DNA of 64,000 nt. Source: Gemmatimonadales bacterium (lineage in GTDB: Bacteria > Gemmatimonadota > Gemmatimonadetes > Gemmatimonadales > GWC2-71-9). The stretch lies in NCBI GenBank assembly GCA_035601235.1, contig DATNOR010000076.1, positions 29,275 through 93,274 of the forward strand, given 5' to 3'. Made by a program: the position numbers and the translations under genes. Of the stretch, positions 16,295-25,237 are shown one piece after another. Each line of letters starts with the position of its first letter. The stretch's first letter is position 1. The notes beneath the pieces are model-generated. The model made no database searches, was not told the origin of the DNA, and saw only the letters and a list, made by a program, of their open reading frames with translations.

Positions 16295-18412
16295 GTGAAG
16301 TCTGGTCACACGCTGTTTCTGACAGTGCTCGCCGCGGTGTGCCTCCCCGCCGCCGGCCGGGCCCAGCAGGGCCCGCCGCGCGTGCGCCGCGAGATTCGCG
16401 GGTTCGATTTCCGTAAGGACGGCGTGTGGCGCAAGCAGGCGCGCGCCGTGCGGAGCGCCCGCCAGCAGCTGCTCGGGCAGCGGAACTTTCCGGCGTTGAA
16501 CGCGCCGCTCGTGACCGAGGGACGCGCTCCCCGGGTGCAGGGCGCGCCGCTCGCGGCCGGGCCCGTCGTCTCCGGCGTGCTGCGCGTGCCGGCCATCCTG
16601 TTTCGGTTCAAGAACACGCCGGCGAGCGAGATCCGACCCACCAGTCAGTTCGACGACGTCCTGTTCGCGCCCGCGCCCACCGGCGCTTCCGCCGGCCGCC
16701 CGTACACCTACGCGTCGTACTACGCGGAGCTGTCCAACGGCTTGCTGACCGTGCAGGGGCAGACCTACGGCTACGCCGCGCTCGACTCCAACGAGGTGAA
16801 TTACACGGGCGTGCCCGGTACCTGCAGCGGTAACCCGTACCCAGGCTCGACCGACTGCAACGGCCTGTTCTCCCCCAATGCGAGGGCGCGCATGCAAAGC
16901 GGGCTGACCGAGGCGCTGCGCAAGCTGGACAGCCAGATCGACTGGACGCTATACGACAGCGATGGCGACGGCTTCGTCGATCTGGTGGCGTTCATGCAGC
17001 CGGCGCTCGACGGAGCGTGCGGCCCGAAAGGCAACAATCATCTGTGGTCACATCGCTTCGCCCTGGGGCCGTATGTCACGCACTCGACCACCGTGGTGAA
17101 CGGGCAGACCGTGAACGTGAAGGTGGCCGACTACATCCTCGAGAGCGGCGTGGGGGGCGCGAGCGGATGCGACACCACCGCGATCATGCCGATCGGCACG
17201 GTGGCGCACGAAACGGGACACGGATTCGGGCTCCCCGACCTGTACGACACCGACGGCGCGAGCGAGGGCGTCGGCGAGTTCAGTCTGATGGGGAGCGGGA
17301 ACTACACGTCTCCGTCCAGTCCCTCGCGCATGGATGTGTGGTCGCTCAACGAGCTTGGCTGGGTGATTGTCACGCCGCTGACCACCGGCGGGGCGTACAG
17401 GTTCGGTCCGGCGAAAGCGGGCGTGGACACCGCCCTGTTCGTCCCCGTCGGCGGATCGAACCCGCGCGGCGAATACTTCCTGCTGGAAAACCGCCAGGGC
17501 GTGCTGTCGGACAGCGCGATGATTCGCTACCACTGCCGGGTCTGGTACGCCTCCGCGAATCCACCCACGTCGTGCGGCGGCGGCTTGATCGTCTGGCACG
17601 TGGACTCGGCGCAGGTGGCCGACGGTCTCAACACACCGGGCCCCAACAACGATTTCAACCATGTGAACGTGGGCTCGATTCACGGCCTCGAGCCGGTCCA
17701 GGCGGATGGATTCGGCAACCTCGACGCGGACCCCGCGAGTCGCTGCTATCCGGGGGCCCCGCTCGTCGGCTGCTCGGATCGCGGCGACGCGGGGGATCTG
17801 TATCCCGGCACGACCGGGAACACGACGCTCTCCAACACCACGCTGCCGAGCGACGACCTCAACTCGACCGGCTGTCCCGGCTTCAGCCTCGACACGATCA
17901 GCCAGATCGCGCCCAACGGCGCCGTCCGCTTCGTGTTGAACACGGGTCCCCAGTCGCTGGCGGTGACCACGGCGTCGCCGCTTCCCGGGGGCCTGTGGGG
18001 ATACGCGTACAACACCGTCATCACCGCGGCGTGTGGCTCGGGCACCTACACGTGGACGGTGACGTCCGGTGCGCCTCCGCCGGGCGTGACGTTCTCACAG
18101 GGCGGCGTGTTGAGCGGCTGGCCCACCGACACGGGGACATACACGTTCCAGGTCGGCGTGACCGACGGGACGCAGACGACGGGGCGGGGAATGACCCTGC
18201 ACATCGCGGAACCAGCCCTCACGCTGCAGCAGGTGCTGAATCTCGAGTTCCAGGGTCAGGTGCCGGCCAATGACGACCAGACCCGCTACCTCGATTTGCA
18301 GGGCAATCACAACAACACATTCGACATCGGCGACTTCCTGCGCTGGCTCGTGCGCACCGGGCAGGTGGCAGCGGCAGGCCCGGCCGTCACGGCCGCGAGG
18401 GTACGACCATGA
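16295..18412 (+). CDS. Secreted M6-family (immune inhibitor A-like) zinc metalloprotease with C-terminal Ig-like domain
   Basis: GTG 16295 behind AGGAG. Signal peptide ...LPAAGRAQQ. Zinc site VAHETGHGFGLPDLYD (HExxH). The C-terminal TYTWTVTSGAPPPGVTF...TGTYTFQVGVTDG resembles the putative-Ig repeat. Confidence 0.85.
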   Translation: MKSGHTLFLTVLAAVCLPAAGRAQQGPPRVRREIRGFDFRKDGVWRKQARAVRSARQQLLGQRNFPALNAPLVTEGRAPRVQGAPLAAGPVVSGVLRVPAILFRFKNTPASEIRPTSQFDDVLFAPAPTGASAGRPYTYASYYAELSNGLLTVQGQTYGYAALDSNEVNYTGVPGTCSGNPYPGSTDCNGLFSPNARARMQSGLTEALRKLDSQIDWTLYDSDGDGFVDLVAFMQPALDGACGPKGNNHLWSHRFALGPYVTHSTTVVNGQTVNVKVADYILESGVGGASGCDTTAIMPIGTVAHETGHGFGLPDLYDTDGASEGVGEFSLMGSGNYTSPSSPSRMDVWSLNELGWVIVTPLTTGGAYRFGPAKAGVDTALFVPVGGSNPRGEYFLLENRQGVLSDSAMIRYHCRVWYASANPPTSCGGGLIVWHVDSAQVADGLNTPGPNNDFNHVNVGSIHGLEPVQADGFGNLDADPASRCYPGAPLVGCSDRGDAGDLYPGTTGNTTLSNTTLPSDDLNSTGCPGFSLDTISQIAPNGAVRFVLNTGPQSLAVTTASPLPGGLWGYAYNTVITAACGSGTYTWTVTSGAPPPGVTFSQGGVLSGWPTDTGTYTFQVGVTDGTQTTGRGMTLHIAEPALTLQQVLNLEFQGQVPANDDQTRYLDLQGNHNNTFDIGDFLRWLVRTGQVAAAGPAVTAARVRP

Positions 18413-18810
18413 AGCGATACCTGACGGCGCTGGGCGTGGCCTGGGCGATGGCCGCGACCGGCTGCAGCGAACCCGCCGCCCCCGCCTCCGTGACCTTCTC
18501 CGCACAGCTCGCCAACGCGGGATCAACGGATCGGGCGATGCTGGTGCAGCTCGTCGGAGCCGACACGAGCGCGCGCATCGACAGCGTGCTGGCGCCGGCT
18601 GGTTCGACTTATCGACTGTTCACGCAACGACTGTCCTCCACCCGGTGGCGTGCCATCATCACCGGGCATCTCTCCGATGGAGCCTTGCTGCGCCTTGCCG
18701 TCCCCGGCAAGGCCCAGCCGAGCGCCTACACTGCGGCGATCCTGGACGTTGCGGACGCGTCGTTTGCCACGCTGCTGCCGGGAAGCCGCGCCGTCACCAT
18801 TGCCCGGTAG
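18409..18810 (+). CDS. Hypothetical lipoprotein
   Basis: ATG 18409 overlaps the protease stop (ATGA). Lipobox AMAATGC. No recognisable domain. Confidence 0.6.
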   Translation: MKRYLTALGVAWAMAATGCSEPAAPASVTFSAQLANAGSTDRAMLVQLVGADTSARIDSVLAPAGSTYRLFTQRLSSTRWRAIITGHLSDGALLRLAVPGKAQPSAYTAAILDVADASFATLLPGSRAVTIAR

Positions 18811-19597
18811 CGACCGCCGCGCATCCGCTCGCTAGGGGGTCGAACGCGGGCCTGCCGTCGGGGAGGCGCAATCCCACGATCGCCGCCCGGCCTGCCTGTG
18901 TCGCCCAGCGCGCGAACGCGCCCGCGGCCGCCGCGGCGCTCGGATGGCGCGTTACGTACAACGTGTAAGGATTGGTGAGCGCCGTATCGGCCACGAAGAG
19001 AACCCGCAGGCTCAAGTCCCGGAGCTTGGCGTATGTGGGGAGGTCGGCGAGGGCGTAGGCGTCGCGCTCGTCGGCGAGGTGAAGCGTGGCCGCCTGGTCG
19101 GCCCCTGATTCGATGCGCCAGCGCGCTGCGGGCGTCACTCCCGCCGCCTGCCACAGGGCCAGCTCTTTCACGTGCGTTCCGGACGAATCGCCGCGCGACA
19201 CGAACGGCCCGCCCGCGGCGGCGATGCGGCGGAATGCCGCGGCGGCCGACGGGGCCGCGGCCACGCGCGCGGGATCCGCCGCCGGTCCGACGATCGCGAA
19301 CCGGCTGGCGACGAGGGGGCAGCGGAGCAGGGCGTGTCCGGGGTCGACCAGCACGCGCTGCTCCAGCGCCGGAGCGTGCGTGATCACGACGTCGAGATCC
19401 CCGTTCGCCGCGGCGCGCAGGATCTGGCCCGAGGGCGCGACGACGGTGGTGAATCGCGGGCCGGTCCAGAGCGACTCGAGCACGGCGAGGACGCCGGATT
19501 GTTGGACGGTGTAGGTGGTGCCGAGCCGGAGGGGGGGAGGGCTGGAGTGACAGGCCATGAACGGACCGCCGACCAGGATCGCGAGCTTGAGGCGCAT
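18794..19597 (-). CDS. Periplasmic substrate-binding protein, tungstate/oxyanion TupA-like (orphan; no permease adjacent)
   Basis: ATG 19597. Contains RLGTTYTVQQSGVL and SRGDSSGTHVKELALW, which resembles the TupA-type anion-binding SGTH motif. Its 3' end overlaps the convergent gene by 17 nt. Confidence 0.65.
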   Translation of the reverse strand: MRLKLAILVGGPFMACHSSPPPLRLGTTYTVQQSGVLAVLESLWTGPRFTTVVAPSGQILRAAANGDLDVVITHAPALEQRVLVDPGHALLRCPLVASRFAIVGPAADPARVAAAPSAAAAFRRIAAAGGPFVSRGDSSGTHVKELALWQAAGVTPAARWRIESGADQAATLHLADERDAYALADLPTYAKLRDLSLRVLFVADTALTNPYTLYVTRHPSAAAAAGAFARWATQAGRAAIVGLRLPDGRPAFDPLASGCAAVATGQW

Positions 19598-19742
19598 GGC
19601 GGAGTGTAGTCGCGAGACGGCGAGCCGGACAGGCAGATGCCGAGACGCCGAGACGGCTAGCGGGTTGGAGGATTGAGTGTAAAGAGGCGTCTACCTGTCA
19701 GTCTGCTCACTTTCCGCCCAATCCCCGCTAGGTTGTAGGGGC

Positions 19743-19815
19743 GGGGCGGTAGCTCAGCTGGGAGAGCACCTGGTTTGCAACCAGGGGGTCGTGGGTTCGA
19801 ATCCCATCCGCTCCA
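19743..19815 (+). tRNA. tRNA-Ala (anticodon UGC)
   Basis: The cloverleaf was read directly. Acceptor GGGGCGG/CCGCTCC includes the G3:U70 alanine identity pair. D arm GCTC-AGCTGGGA-GAGC. Anticodon arm CCTGG-TTTGCAA-CCAGG. T arm GTGGG-TTCGAAT-CCCAT. Discriminator A. CCA is not encoded. Confidence 0.95.
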
Positions 19816-19833
19816 CGTTCCGGAGGTGATCAC

Positions 19834-20412
19834 GTGGTGCTTACGACGAAGGGTGCAGTGCCGGCCTGGCTGGCCCTGATGCTGCTGGGCGCGGGCGCCG
19901 CACCCGCGCAAACGTCCGCTCCCGCGGCTCGACCGACAGGATGGCATCCTATGGACTTCAAGAAGGCGAGCGACGGCGATCTGCGGCGTACGCTCACGCC
20001 GCTGCAGTACGAGGTGACGCAGCGTGATGCCACCGAGCGGGCGTTCAACAACGAGTACTGGGACAACCACCAGCCCGGGATCTACGTGGACGTCGTCTCG
20101 GGCGAGCCGCTCTTCAGCTCCCTCGACAAGTACGATTCCGGGACCGGCTGGCCCAGCTTCACCAAGCCGCTCGACCCCGGGAACATCCGCGAGAAAACGG
20201 ATCGCTCCCTCTTTACGGTGCGCACCGAAGTCCGCTCGGCGCACGCCGATTCCCATCTCGGACATGTGTTCGACGACGGGCCCGCTCCCACCGGGTTACG
20301 CTACTGCATGAACTCCGCGGCGCTGCGGTTCATTCCCCTGGAGCGGCTCGAAGCGGAAGGGTACGGGCAGTACCTCCCGCTGTTCCAGCCGGCGAAGATT
20401 CGGCGTCCCTGA
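19834..20412 (+). CDS. msrB: Peptide-methionine (R)-S-oxide reductase MsrB with N-terminal signal peptide
   Basis: GTG 19834. Signal [19 protein letters not shown]. Contains GTGWPSF and the catalytic RYCMNS. The Zn-binding CxxC pairs are absent (DVVSGEPLF). Confidence 0.9.
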   Translation: MVLTTKGAVPAWLALMLLGAGAAPAQTSAPAARPTGWHPMDFKKASDGDLRRTLTPLQYEVTQRDATERAFNNEYWDNHQPGIYVDVVSGEPLFSSLDKYDSGTGWPSFTKPLDPGNIREKTDRSLFTVRTEVRSAHADSHLGHVFDDGPAPTGLRYCMNSAALRFIPLERLEAEGYGQYLPLFQPAKIRRP

Positions 20413-20416
20413 CCCG

Positions 20417-20719
20417 GTGCGGCCCAGCGACTGGCTCCCCCTGCTCGGCGACATCGCCGATCGCGCCGACGAGATCGCCCTTACATTCTTCGGCACGAAG
20501 CGGCTGCGCGTTGAGCAAAAGCCCGACGCGAGCCCGGTCACCGAAGCCGACCGGGCGGACGTCGCCGCGCTCCACATGATCGTGGAGGAGGCAGGCGGCC
20601 GCGCCACCGGGTTGGGTGGTGAGCGCTCGATCTACACCGGGAGCCTCGTGACCTCGAACGGCGCGCTGCACGAGGCGATGCTGGACACGCTGTCCCGCGC
20701 CACGGAGGCAGTCGCATGA
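20417..20719 (+). pseudogene. In-frame internal-deletion remnant of an inositol-monophosphatase/HisN-family gene (100 aa)
   Basis: The N-terminal 45 aa (LGDIADRADEIALTFFGTKRLRVEQKPDASPVTEADR) look like the IMPase N-terminus. They are joined directly to an IMPase C-terminus (DVAALHMIVEEAGGRATGLGG...LVTSNGALHEAML). The central section of about 160 aa, which carries the metal/substrate motifs (DPIDGT etc.), is missing. Confidence 0.5.
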
Positions 20720-21171
20720 TCGGTCCACGCCACTGGGGCGCTCTGGCGCTCGCCGCGACCGTGATCGGCGTCGCGGGCCTCGCCGTCGCGGCGCCGTCGC
20801 CCGGACCGGAAGTCGTTGTGTACAAGAGCCCGAGCTGCGGCTGCTGCAAGAAGTGGGTGGAGCACGTGCAGGCCGCGGGATTCCGGGTGACGGTGCACGA
20901 TACGTCGAGCCTCGCCGGCGTGATGGAGCGCTACGGGGTGCCGCGCAAGCTGACCGCGTGCCACACGGCCATCGTGGACGGCTACGTTGTCGAAGGGCAC
21001 GTTCCCGCCGACGTGATCCAACGCCTGCTCAAGGAGCGGCCCGGGATTGCGGGAGTGGCCGTTCCGGGCATGCCGGCCGGGTCGCCGGGGATGGAATCGG
21101 ACGCGCCGGCCAAGTATTACATCCTGACCTTCGACAAGAACGGTACGACCTCGGTGTTCGGCTCGCGGTGA
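20716..21171 (+). CDS. DUF411 (CopG-like) periplasmic metal-binding protein
   Basis: ATG 20716 overlaps the previous stop (ATGA). Signal/TM segment. Contains the SCGCCKKW cysteine motif, CHTAIVDGYVVEGHVP and MPAGSPGME. Confidence 0.8.
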   Translation: MIGPRHWGALALAATVIGVAGLAVAAPSPGPEVVVYKSPSCGCCKKWVEHVQAAGFRVTVHDTSSLAGVMERYGVPRKLTACHTAIVDGYVVEGHVPADVIQRLLKERPGIAGVAVPGMPAGSPGMESDAPAKYYILTFDKNGTTSVFGSR

Positions 21172-21425
21172 CGCCTCCCCCCGATCCGGACGGCGATCCG
21201 CTCGATGACGAAGACTTGCCGCTCGGCGACGGCACGGCCGAAAGCGAGGTGCTGGTCGTGTGCCCGCACTGCGGGGAGGCCAACGAGCTCGGGCTCGACC
21301 CTGGAGGGGGCTCGGTGCAGGAGTACGTGGAGGACTGCCAGGTGTGCTGCCGCCCCTGGCGGGTCACGGTGCGCTACGCCGAAGATGGGACGGCTGAGGT
21401 GTTCACCGAGGCGCTGGACGAGTGA
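21168..21425 (+). CDS. CPXCG-motif cysteine-rich small protein
   Basis: GTG 21168 overlaps the DUF411 stop (GTGA). 85 aa with CPHCG ... CQVCC (a four-Cys zinc-ribbon-like arrangement). Confidence 0.75.
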   Translation: MTPPPDPDGDPLDDEDLPLGDGTAESEVLVVCPHCGEANELGLDPGGGSVQEYVEDCQVCCRPWRVTVRYAEDGTAEVFTEALDE

Positions 21426-22468
21426 AACGCGGGGGCCGCGACCCCCGTAGGACGCCTGATCCTCCACCGCACTGGACCGCCGTGACGACCGGATTCCGCC
21501 GGGTGTGCCTCGTCATCGCTTCTCTCTCCACTCCGCTCGTCGCGCAGGACTCGAGCGCCACCGGTCACTTCCATGTCGGCCTCACGATCCACGATTGGGG
21601 CATCAGCATCGGCAACGCGCCGCGGGTAAACGGGCTGCGCATCAACATCCAGGACGCCGGGCTCGAGCGCGTGAATGGCATCAACGTCACCCTGTGGAAG
21701 CCGCGCGAGCCGCTGACCGGCACCGTCAACGGTATCCAGGCGGGTCTCGTCCCGGGCTCACAGATCGTGAACGGCATCGCTCTGGGCGTCGGCGGGGTCG
21801 TGGCCGAGCGACGGGCGCGCTGGGTGACCGTGGGCGGGCTGGGCGCCGTGTCGAACGGCGATTTCGGCGGCCTCGTGGTGGGGGGGCTCGGCACCGTCGC
21901 GAACCGCGACATCAGCGGTATCGCCGTGGGCGGTCTCGGGACCGTGGCGAACCGGCGCATCACGGGCATCGCCGTCGCCGGCCTCGGCACGGTGGCGAAT
22001 GCGGACATCGTCGGGGTGGCGGTCGCGGGCCTCGGCACGGTCGCCAATCGTGACATCACCGGTGTGGGCGTCGCGGGGCTCGGCCTCGTCGCCAACGACG
22101 CGGTCCGGGGAGTCGCAGTCGGCGGTCTCGGCACGGTGGCGAACGGCTCGATCAGCGGTATCGCGATCGGAGGTCTTGCCGTGGTCACGAACGGCCGCCT
22201 CACCGGTGTCGCGATCGGGGGGCTGGCAGTCGTGGCGAACGCCGCGGTGCGCGGGGTCGGGATCGCCGGATACAGTGTGGACAGTCGCGCGCTGACCGGG
22301 CTGGCCGTCAGCGCCTACAACCGGGTGCGCGGCCCCCAACGCGGGCTGACGATCGGACTCTATAACTCCGCGTACGAGCTGCACGGTGTACAGATCGGGA
22401 TCGTGAACCGGGCCAAGAACAACAGGGCGCCCTTCAAGATCCTCCCCGTTGTCAATCTCCACCTGTGA
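21422..22468 (+). CDS. Secreted repeat protein with nine tandem 16-residue Gly/Val/Asn-rich repeats (GLGTVANRDITGIAVG type)
   Basis: GTG 21422 overlaps the previous stop (GTGA). Hydrophobic signal VCLVIASLSTPLVAQ. Repeats span aa 139-282. The C-terminus GVQIGIVNRAKNNRAPFKILPVVNLHL is like the Leptospira LA_2272-type surface-repeat proteins, as far as I recall. Confidence 0.75.
   Translation: MKRGGRDPRRTPDPPPHWTAVTTGFRRVCLVIASLSTPLVAQDSSATGHFHVGLTIHDWGISIGNAPRVNGLRINIQDAGLERVNGINVTLWKPREPLTGTVNGIQAGLVPGSQIVNGIALGVGGVVAERRARWVTVGGLGAVSNGDFGGLVVGGLGTVANRDISGIAVGGLGTVANRRITGIAVAGLGTVANADIVGVAVAGLGTVANRDITGVGVAGLGLVANDAVRGVAVGGLGTVANGSISGIAIGGLAVVTNGRLTGVAIGGLAVVANAAVRGVGIAGYSVDSRALTGLAVSAYNRVRGPQRGLTIGLYNSAYELHGVQIGIVNRAKNNRAPFKILPVVNLHL
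21836..22267 (+). repeat. Intragenic tandem repeat, 9 x 48 bp (16-aa units)
   Basis: The periodicity was read from the translation: GLGAVSNGDFGGLVVG / GLGTVANRDISGIAVG / GLGTVANRRITGIAVA / GLGTVANADIVGVAVA / GLGTVANRDITGVGVA / GLGLVANDAVRGVAVG / GLGTVANGSISGIAIG / GLAVVTNGRLTGVAIG / GLAVVANAAVRGVGIA. Confidence 0.8.
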
Positions 22469-22471
22469 GCG

Positions 22472-22505
22472 ACGAGGGGCCAGGCGTGTCTTCCTGGCCC
22501 CTCGT
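22472..22505. terminator. 13-bp perfect hairpin between convergent genes (bidirectional terminator candidate)
   Basis: ACGAGGGGCCAGG (22472-22484) pairs with CCTGGCCCCTCGT (22493-22505), with an 8-nt loop. It lies between the stops at 22468 (+) and 22541 (-). There is no clear U-tract. Confidence 0.55.
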
Positions 22506-22540
22506 ACTGTTCACCGCTGGCCGTCTCGACGTCTAGCCAT

Positions 22541-23161
22541 CTATTTCTTCGCCGCCTCGTACCTCTTTCCCACCTCAGGCCAGTTGACCACGTTCCACCA
22601 CGCCGTCACGTAATCCGGCCGGCGGTTCTGGTACTTGAGGTAGTAGGCGTGCTCCCACACATCGAGGCCGAGCACCGGAGTCTTGCCGTCCATGAGCGGG
22701 CTGTCCTGATTCGCGGTGCTGAACAACTCGAGCTTCCCACCCGCGAGAGCGAGCCAGGCCCAACCGCTGCCGAACCGGGTCGTCGCGGCGCCCGCCAGCT
22801 GCTCCTTGAACTTGGCGACGTCGCCAAAGCTTTTCTTGATCGCATCGGCGAGTGCGCCGCTCGGTTCGCCGCCGCCGCCCTTGCCGGCCGGCGCCATGAT
22901 CGTCCAGAACAGCGAGTGATTGTGATGGCCGCCGCCGTTGTTGCGCACCGCCGTGCGGATGTCCTCGGGGATGCCGTTGATGCCGCGCAGCAGGTCCTCC
23001 AGTGTCTTGTTGTGCAGCTCGGGGTGCTTGTCGAGCGCGGCGTTCAAGTTGTTGACGTACGCCTGGTGATGTTTCCCGTGGTGGATCTGCATCGTCTGGG
23101 CGTCGATGTAGGGTTCGAGCGCCCCGAAATCGTACGGCAGTGGCGGCAGGGTATGCGCCAT
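22541..23161 (-). CDS. sodA: Fe/Mn-family superoxide dismutase (Mn-type residues)
   Basis: ATG 23161 behind AAGGAG (the track ORF extends spuriously to 23578). Contains [33 protein letters not shown] and DVWEHAYYL. Confidence 0.9.
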   Translation of the reverse strand: MAHTLPPLPYDFGALEPYIDAQTMQIHHGKHHQAYVNNLNAALDKHPELHNKTLEDLLRGINGIPEDIRTAVRNNGGGHHNHSLFWTIMAPAGKGGGGEPSGALADAIKKSFGDVAKFKEQLAGAATTRFGSGWAWLALAGGKLELFSTANQDSPLMDGKTPVLGLDVWEHAYYLKYQNRRPDYVTAWWNVVNWPEVGKRYEAAKK

Positions 23162-23402
23162 GGTCCGCTCCTTGGCGGTCTGACCGGTCGTGCGATCCTT
23201 TACGCTCTGTGCCATTGGTCGGCCACTCCTTTCGTGGCGGGGTGGCGGGCCGCGGGAAAGATGCACGGCCCGCATGCCGATTTCAAACCGACACGCCCGC
23301 GGGTTGCCCGCCGAGTCTTGCGCGATGACATTGTGTACTGTCGTAACCCCAGAGCGTCGCGATCCGTTCCGCGTCCCGAGCCGGAGCCAAGGAGCCCGCG
23401 TT

Positions 23403-23894
23403 GTGACCGTCACCTCCCCCTCCCCCTCCCCCTGCCCAGCCGGCCCCCGTGTGGGGACCACCGCCCCCGACTTCACGCTTCCGTCCACCGCGGGGAGTGA
23501 CGTCACGCTCTCGAGCTTCCGTGGCCGGCGCCACGTGCTGCTGGCGTTCTTCCCGCTCGCGTTCACGAGCACCTGCACGGCGGAGAATTGTGCGTTCAGC
23601 GAGGACTACGCGGCATTCGAGCGCGCGGACACGGTGGTGCTGCCCATCAGCGTGGACTCGGTGCCCACGCTCAAGGAGTACAAGGCGAAATACGCCATGC
23701 GCCAAGACCTGTTGAGCGACTTCAAGCGGGACGTGAGCCGTGCGTACGGGACGCTCCTGGTGGACCGTTTCTTTTCGACGCGGGCCTACTTCCTGGTCGA
23801 TAGACAGGGGATCCTGCGCTGGCGCCACGTCGAAGCGGAGCTCGGGGCCAGGCGCGACGACGCCGAGTTGCTCCGCCAGATCGCGTCGCTGTGA
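23403..23894 (+). CDS. Peroxiredoxin (AhpC/TSA-family, 1-Cys/AhpE-like)
   Basis: GTG 23403 behind AAGGAG (23389-23394). Contains TAPDFTLPS and the peroxidatic Cys context [11 protein letters not shown]. Confidence 0.85.
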   Translation: MTVTSPSPSPCPAGPRVGTTAPDFTLPSTAGSDVTLSSFRGRRHVLLAFFPLAFTSTCTAENCAFSEDYAAFERADTVVLPISVDSVPTLKEYKAKYAMRQDLLSDFKRDVSRAYGTLLVDRFFSTRAYFLVDRQGILRWRHVEAELGARRDDAELLRQIASL

Positions 23895-24148
23895 GTGGCG
23901 GGCGCGGCCTCGCCCTGATCGCCCTCGCGCTCACGAGGCTGTCGTGCGGAGCGCCGGCCGTCATCGACACGACCGGCCGGGTCGAGGAGGGGTCGATCCG
24001 GGTGATCGAGAGCACCGACCCGCGCTTCAACGAGGCGGCGAAGAGTTACGTCGGCGGCGCGCGCTTCTCCGCCGGCCGCGTGGCCGGGCGCGCCGTGCGC
24101 GTCCGCTTCCAGATCCCCGTCGATTTCAGGCTTCCGAGCCGGCATTAG
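23891..24148 (+). CDS. Small lipoprotein consisting of a TonB-C-terminal-like domain
   Basis: GTG 23891 overlaps the previous stop (GTGA). Signal ...[44 protein letters not shown] matches the C-terminal fold pattern of the TonB paralogues at 36-40 kb. Confidence 0.55.
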   Translation: MSGGRGLALIALALTRLSCGAPAVIDTTGRVEEGSIRVIESTDPRFNEAAKSYVGGARFSAGRVAGRAVRVRFQIPVDFRLPSRH

Positions 24149-24160
24149 GACCGCCCGGGC

Positions 24161-25237
24161 ATGGCGTCCGTCACACTGCGCGGTCTCGCCAAAACGTACG
24201 ATCCCGGCGGCACGCAGGCGGTCGCGGACGTGTCGCTCGACGTACGCGACGGCGAGTTCTTCGTGTTGCTCGGGCCTTCGGGATGCGGCAAGACGACCGT
24301 GCTGCGCTGCATCGCGGGACTCGAAAGCCCCAGCGCGGGCGAGATCCTCATCGGCGACCGCGACGTCACGCAGCTGTCCCCCGGCGACCGCGATGTCGCC
24401 ATGGTGTTTCAGAGCCACGCCCTCTACCCCCACCTCTCGGTGCGGGGCAACATCGCGTTCGGCCTGGAGGTGCGCGGAGTCGCCGCAGCCGAGATTGCGC
24501 GCCGGGTGGAGCAGGCCGCCCACCGGCTCGGCATCACGGCAACGCTCGAGCGCCGGCCGGGTGCGCTCTCGGGTGGAGAGCGCCAGCGGGTGGCCCTGGC
24601 TCGAGCCATCGTGCGCGAGCCGCGCGTGTTCCTCTACGACGAGCCGCTGGCACACCTCGATCCGACCCAGCGCGGCGAGCTGCGCGCCGAGCTGCTCGCG
24701 CTGCACCGCGCCCTCGGTGTCACCGTCGTGTACGTCACGCACGATCAGGTCGAGGCGATGACGATGGGCCAGCGCATCGCCGTGCTCGCCGCCGGGCGGC
24801 TGCGACAGCTGGGCTCGCCCGCCGAGGTGTACGGGCAGCCCGCCGACGTGTTCGTCGCGCGCTTCATCGGCAACCCCGGCATGAACGTGCTCAAGGGGCG
24901 CGGACGAGGAACGGGCCGGGGCGGGGGCGGGGGAGTGGTCGACTGCGGTGCCTGGTCGATCGCGGTCCCCCTGGAGCATTACGAAGGTGAGATCCATCTG
25001 GGCGTGCGCCCCGAGCATGTGCGCGTGTGCGCCCCCGACCAGGGCACGGTGACGGCGGAGGTTCGCGTGGTCGAGCCGCTCGGCGCGGACACGCTGATCC
25101 ACCTCGACACGGGCGGCCAGCGCGTCATCGCACGGGTAGCCGGCTTTCCGGACTTCCGGCCGGGCGACCAGGTCGGCGTCACGCTCGACCAGAAGCATCT
25201 CCACCTGTTCGACGCGGGCGGCGCGCGACTGGGATGA
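24161..25237 (+). CDS. Sugar ABC transporter ATP-binding protein (MalK/UgpC type)
   Basis: Walker A GPSGCGKTT, signature LSGGERQRVALARA, Walker B VFLYDEPLAHLD, plus a C-terminal regulatory domain. Confidence 0.9.
   Translation: MASVTLRGLAKTYDPGGTQAVADVSLDVRDGEFFVLLGPSGCGKTTVLRCIAGLESPSAGEILIGDRDVTQLSPGDRDVAMVFQSHALYPHLSVRGNIAFGLEVRGVAAAEIARRVEQAAHRLGITATLERRPGALSGGERQRVALARAIVREPRVFLYDEPLAHLDPTQRGELRAELLALHRALGVTVVYVTHDQVEAMTMGQRIAVLAAGRLRQLGSPAEVYGQPADVFVARFIGNPGMNVLKGRGRGTGRGGGGGVVDCGAWSIAVPLEHYEGEIHLGVRPEHVRVCAPDQGTVTAEVRVVEPLGADTLIHLDTGGQRVIARVAGFPDFRPGDQVGVTLDQKHLHLFDAGGARLG

Noticed and set aside
19657-20265. 202-aa minus-strand ORF
   Set aside because: It overlaps the tRNA-Ala gene and lies antisense to msrB. 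It shows no coding signal.
23162-23402. 241-bp sodA/peroxiredoxin divergent region, inspected for PerR/OxyR/Fur-type operators
   Set aside because: Only a GC hairpin (GCGGGCCG...CGGCCCGC, about 23250-23278) and 4-bp dyads were found. Nothing resembles known oxidative-stress operators closely enough to report.
22541-23578. 345-aa extended SOD ORF
   Set aside because: The SOD domain begins at [13 protein letters not shown] 23161 has an AAGGAG SD. The upstream 139 codons are low-complexity and cross the divergent promoter region.
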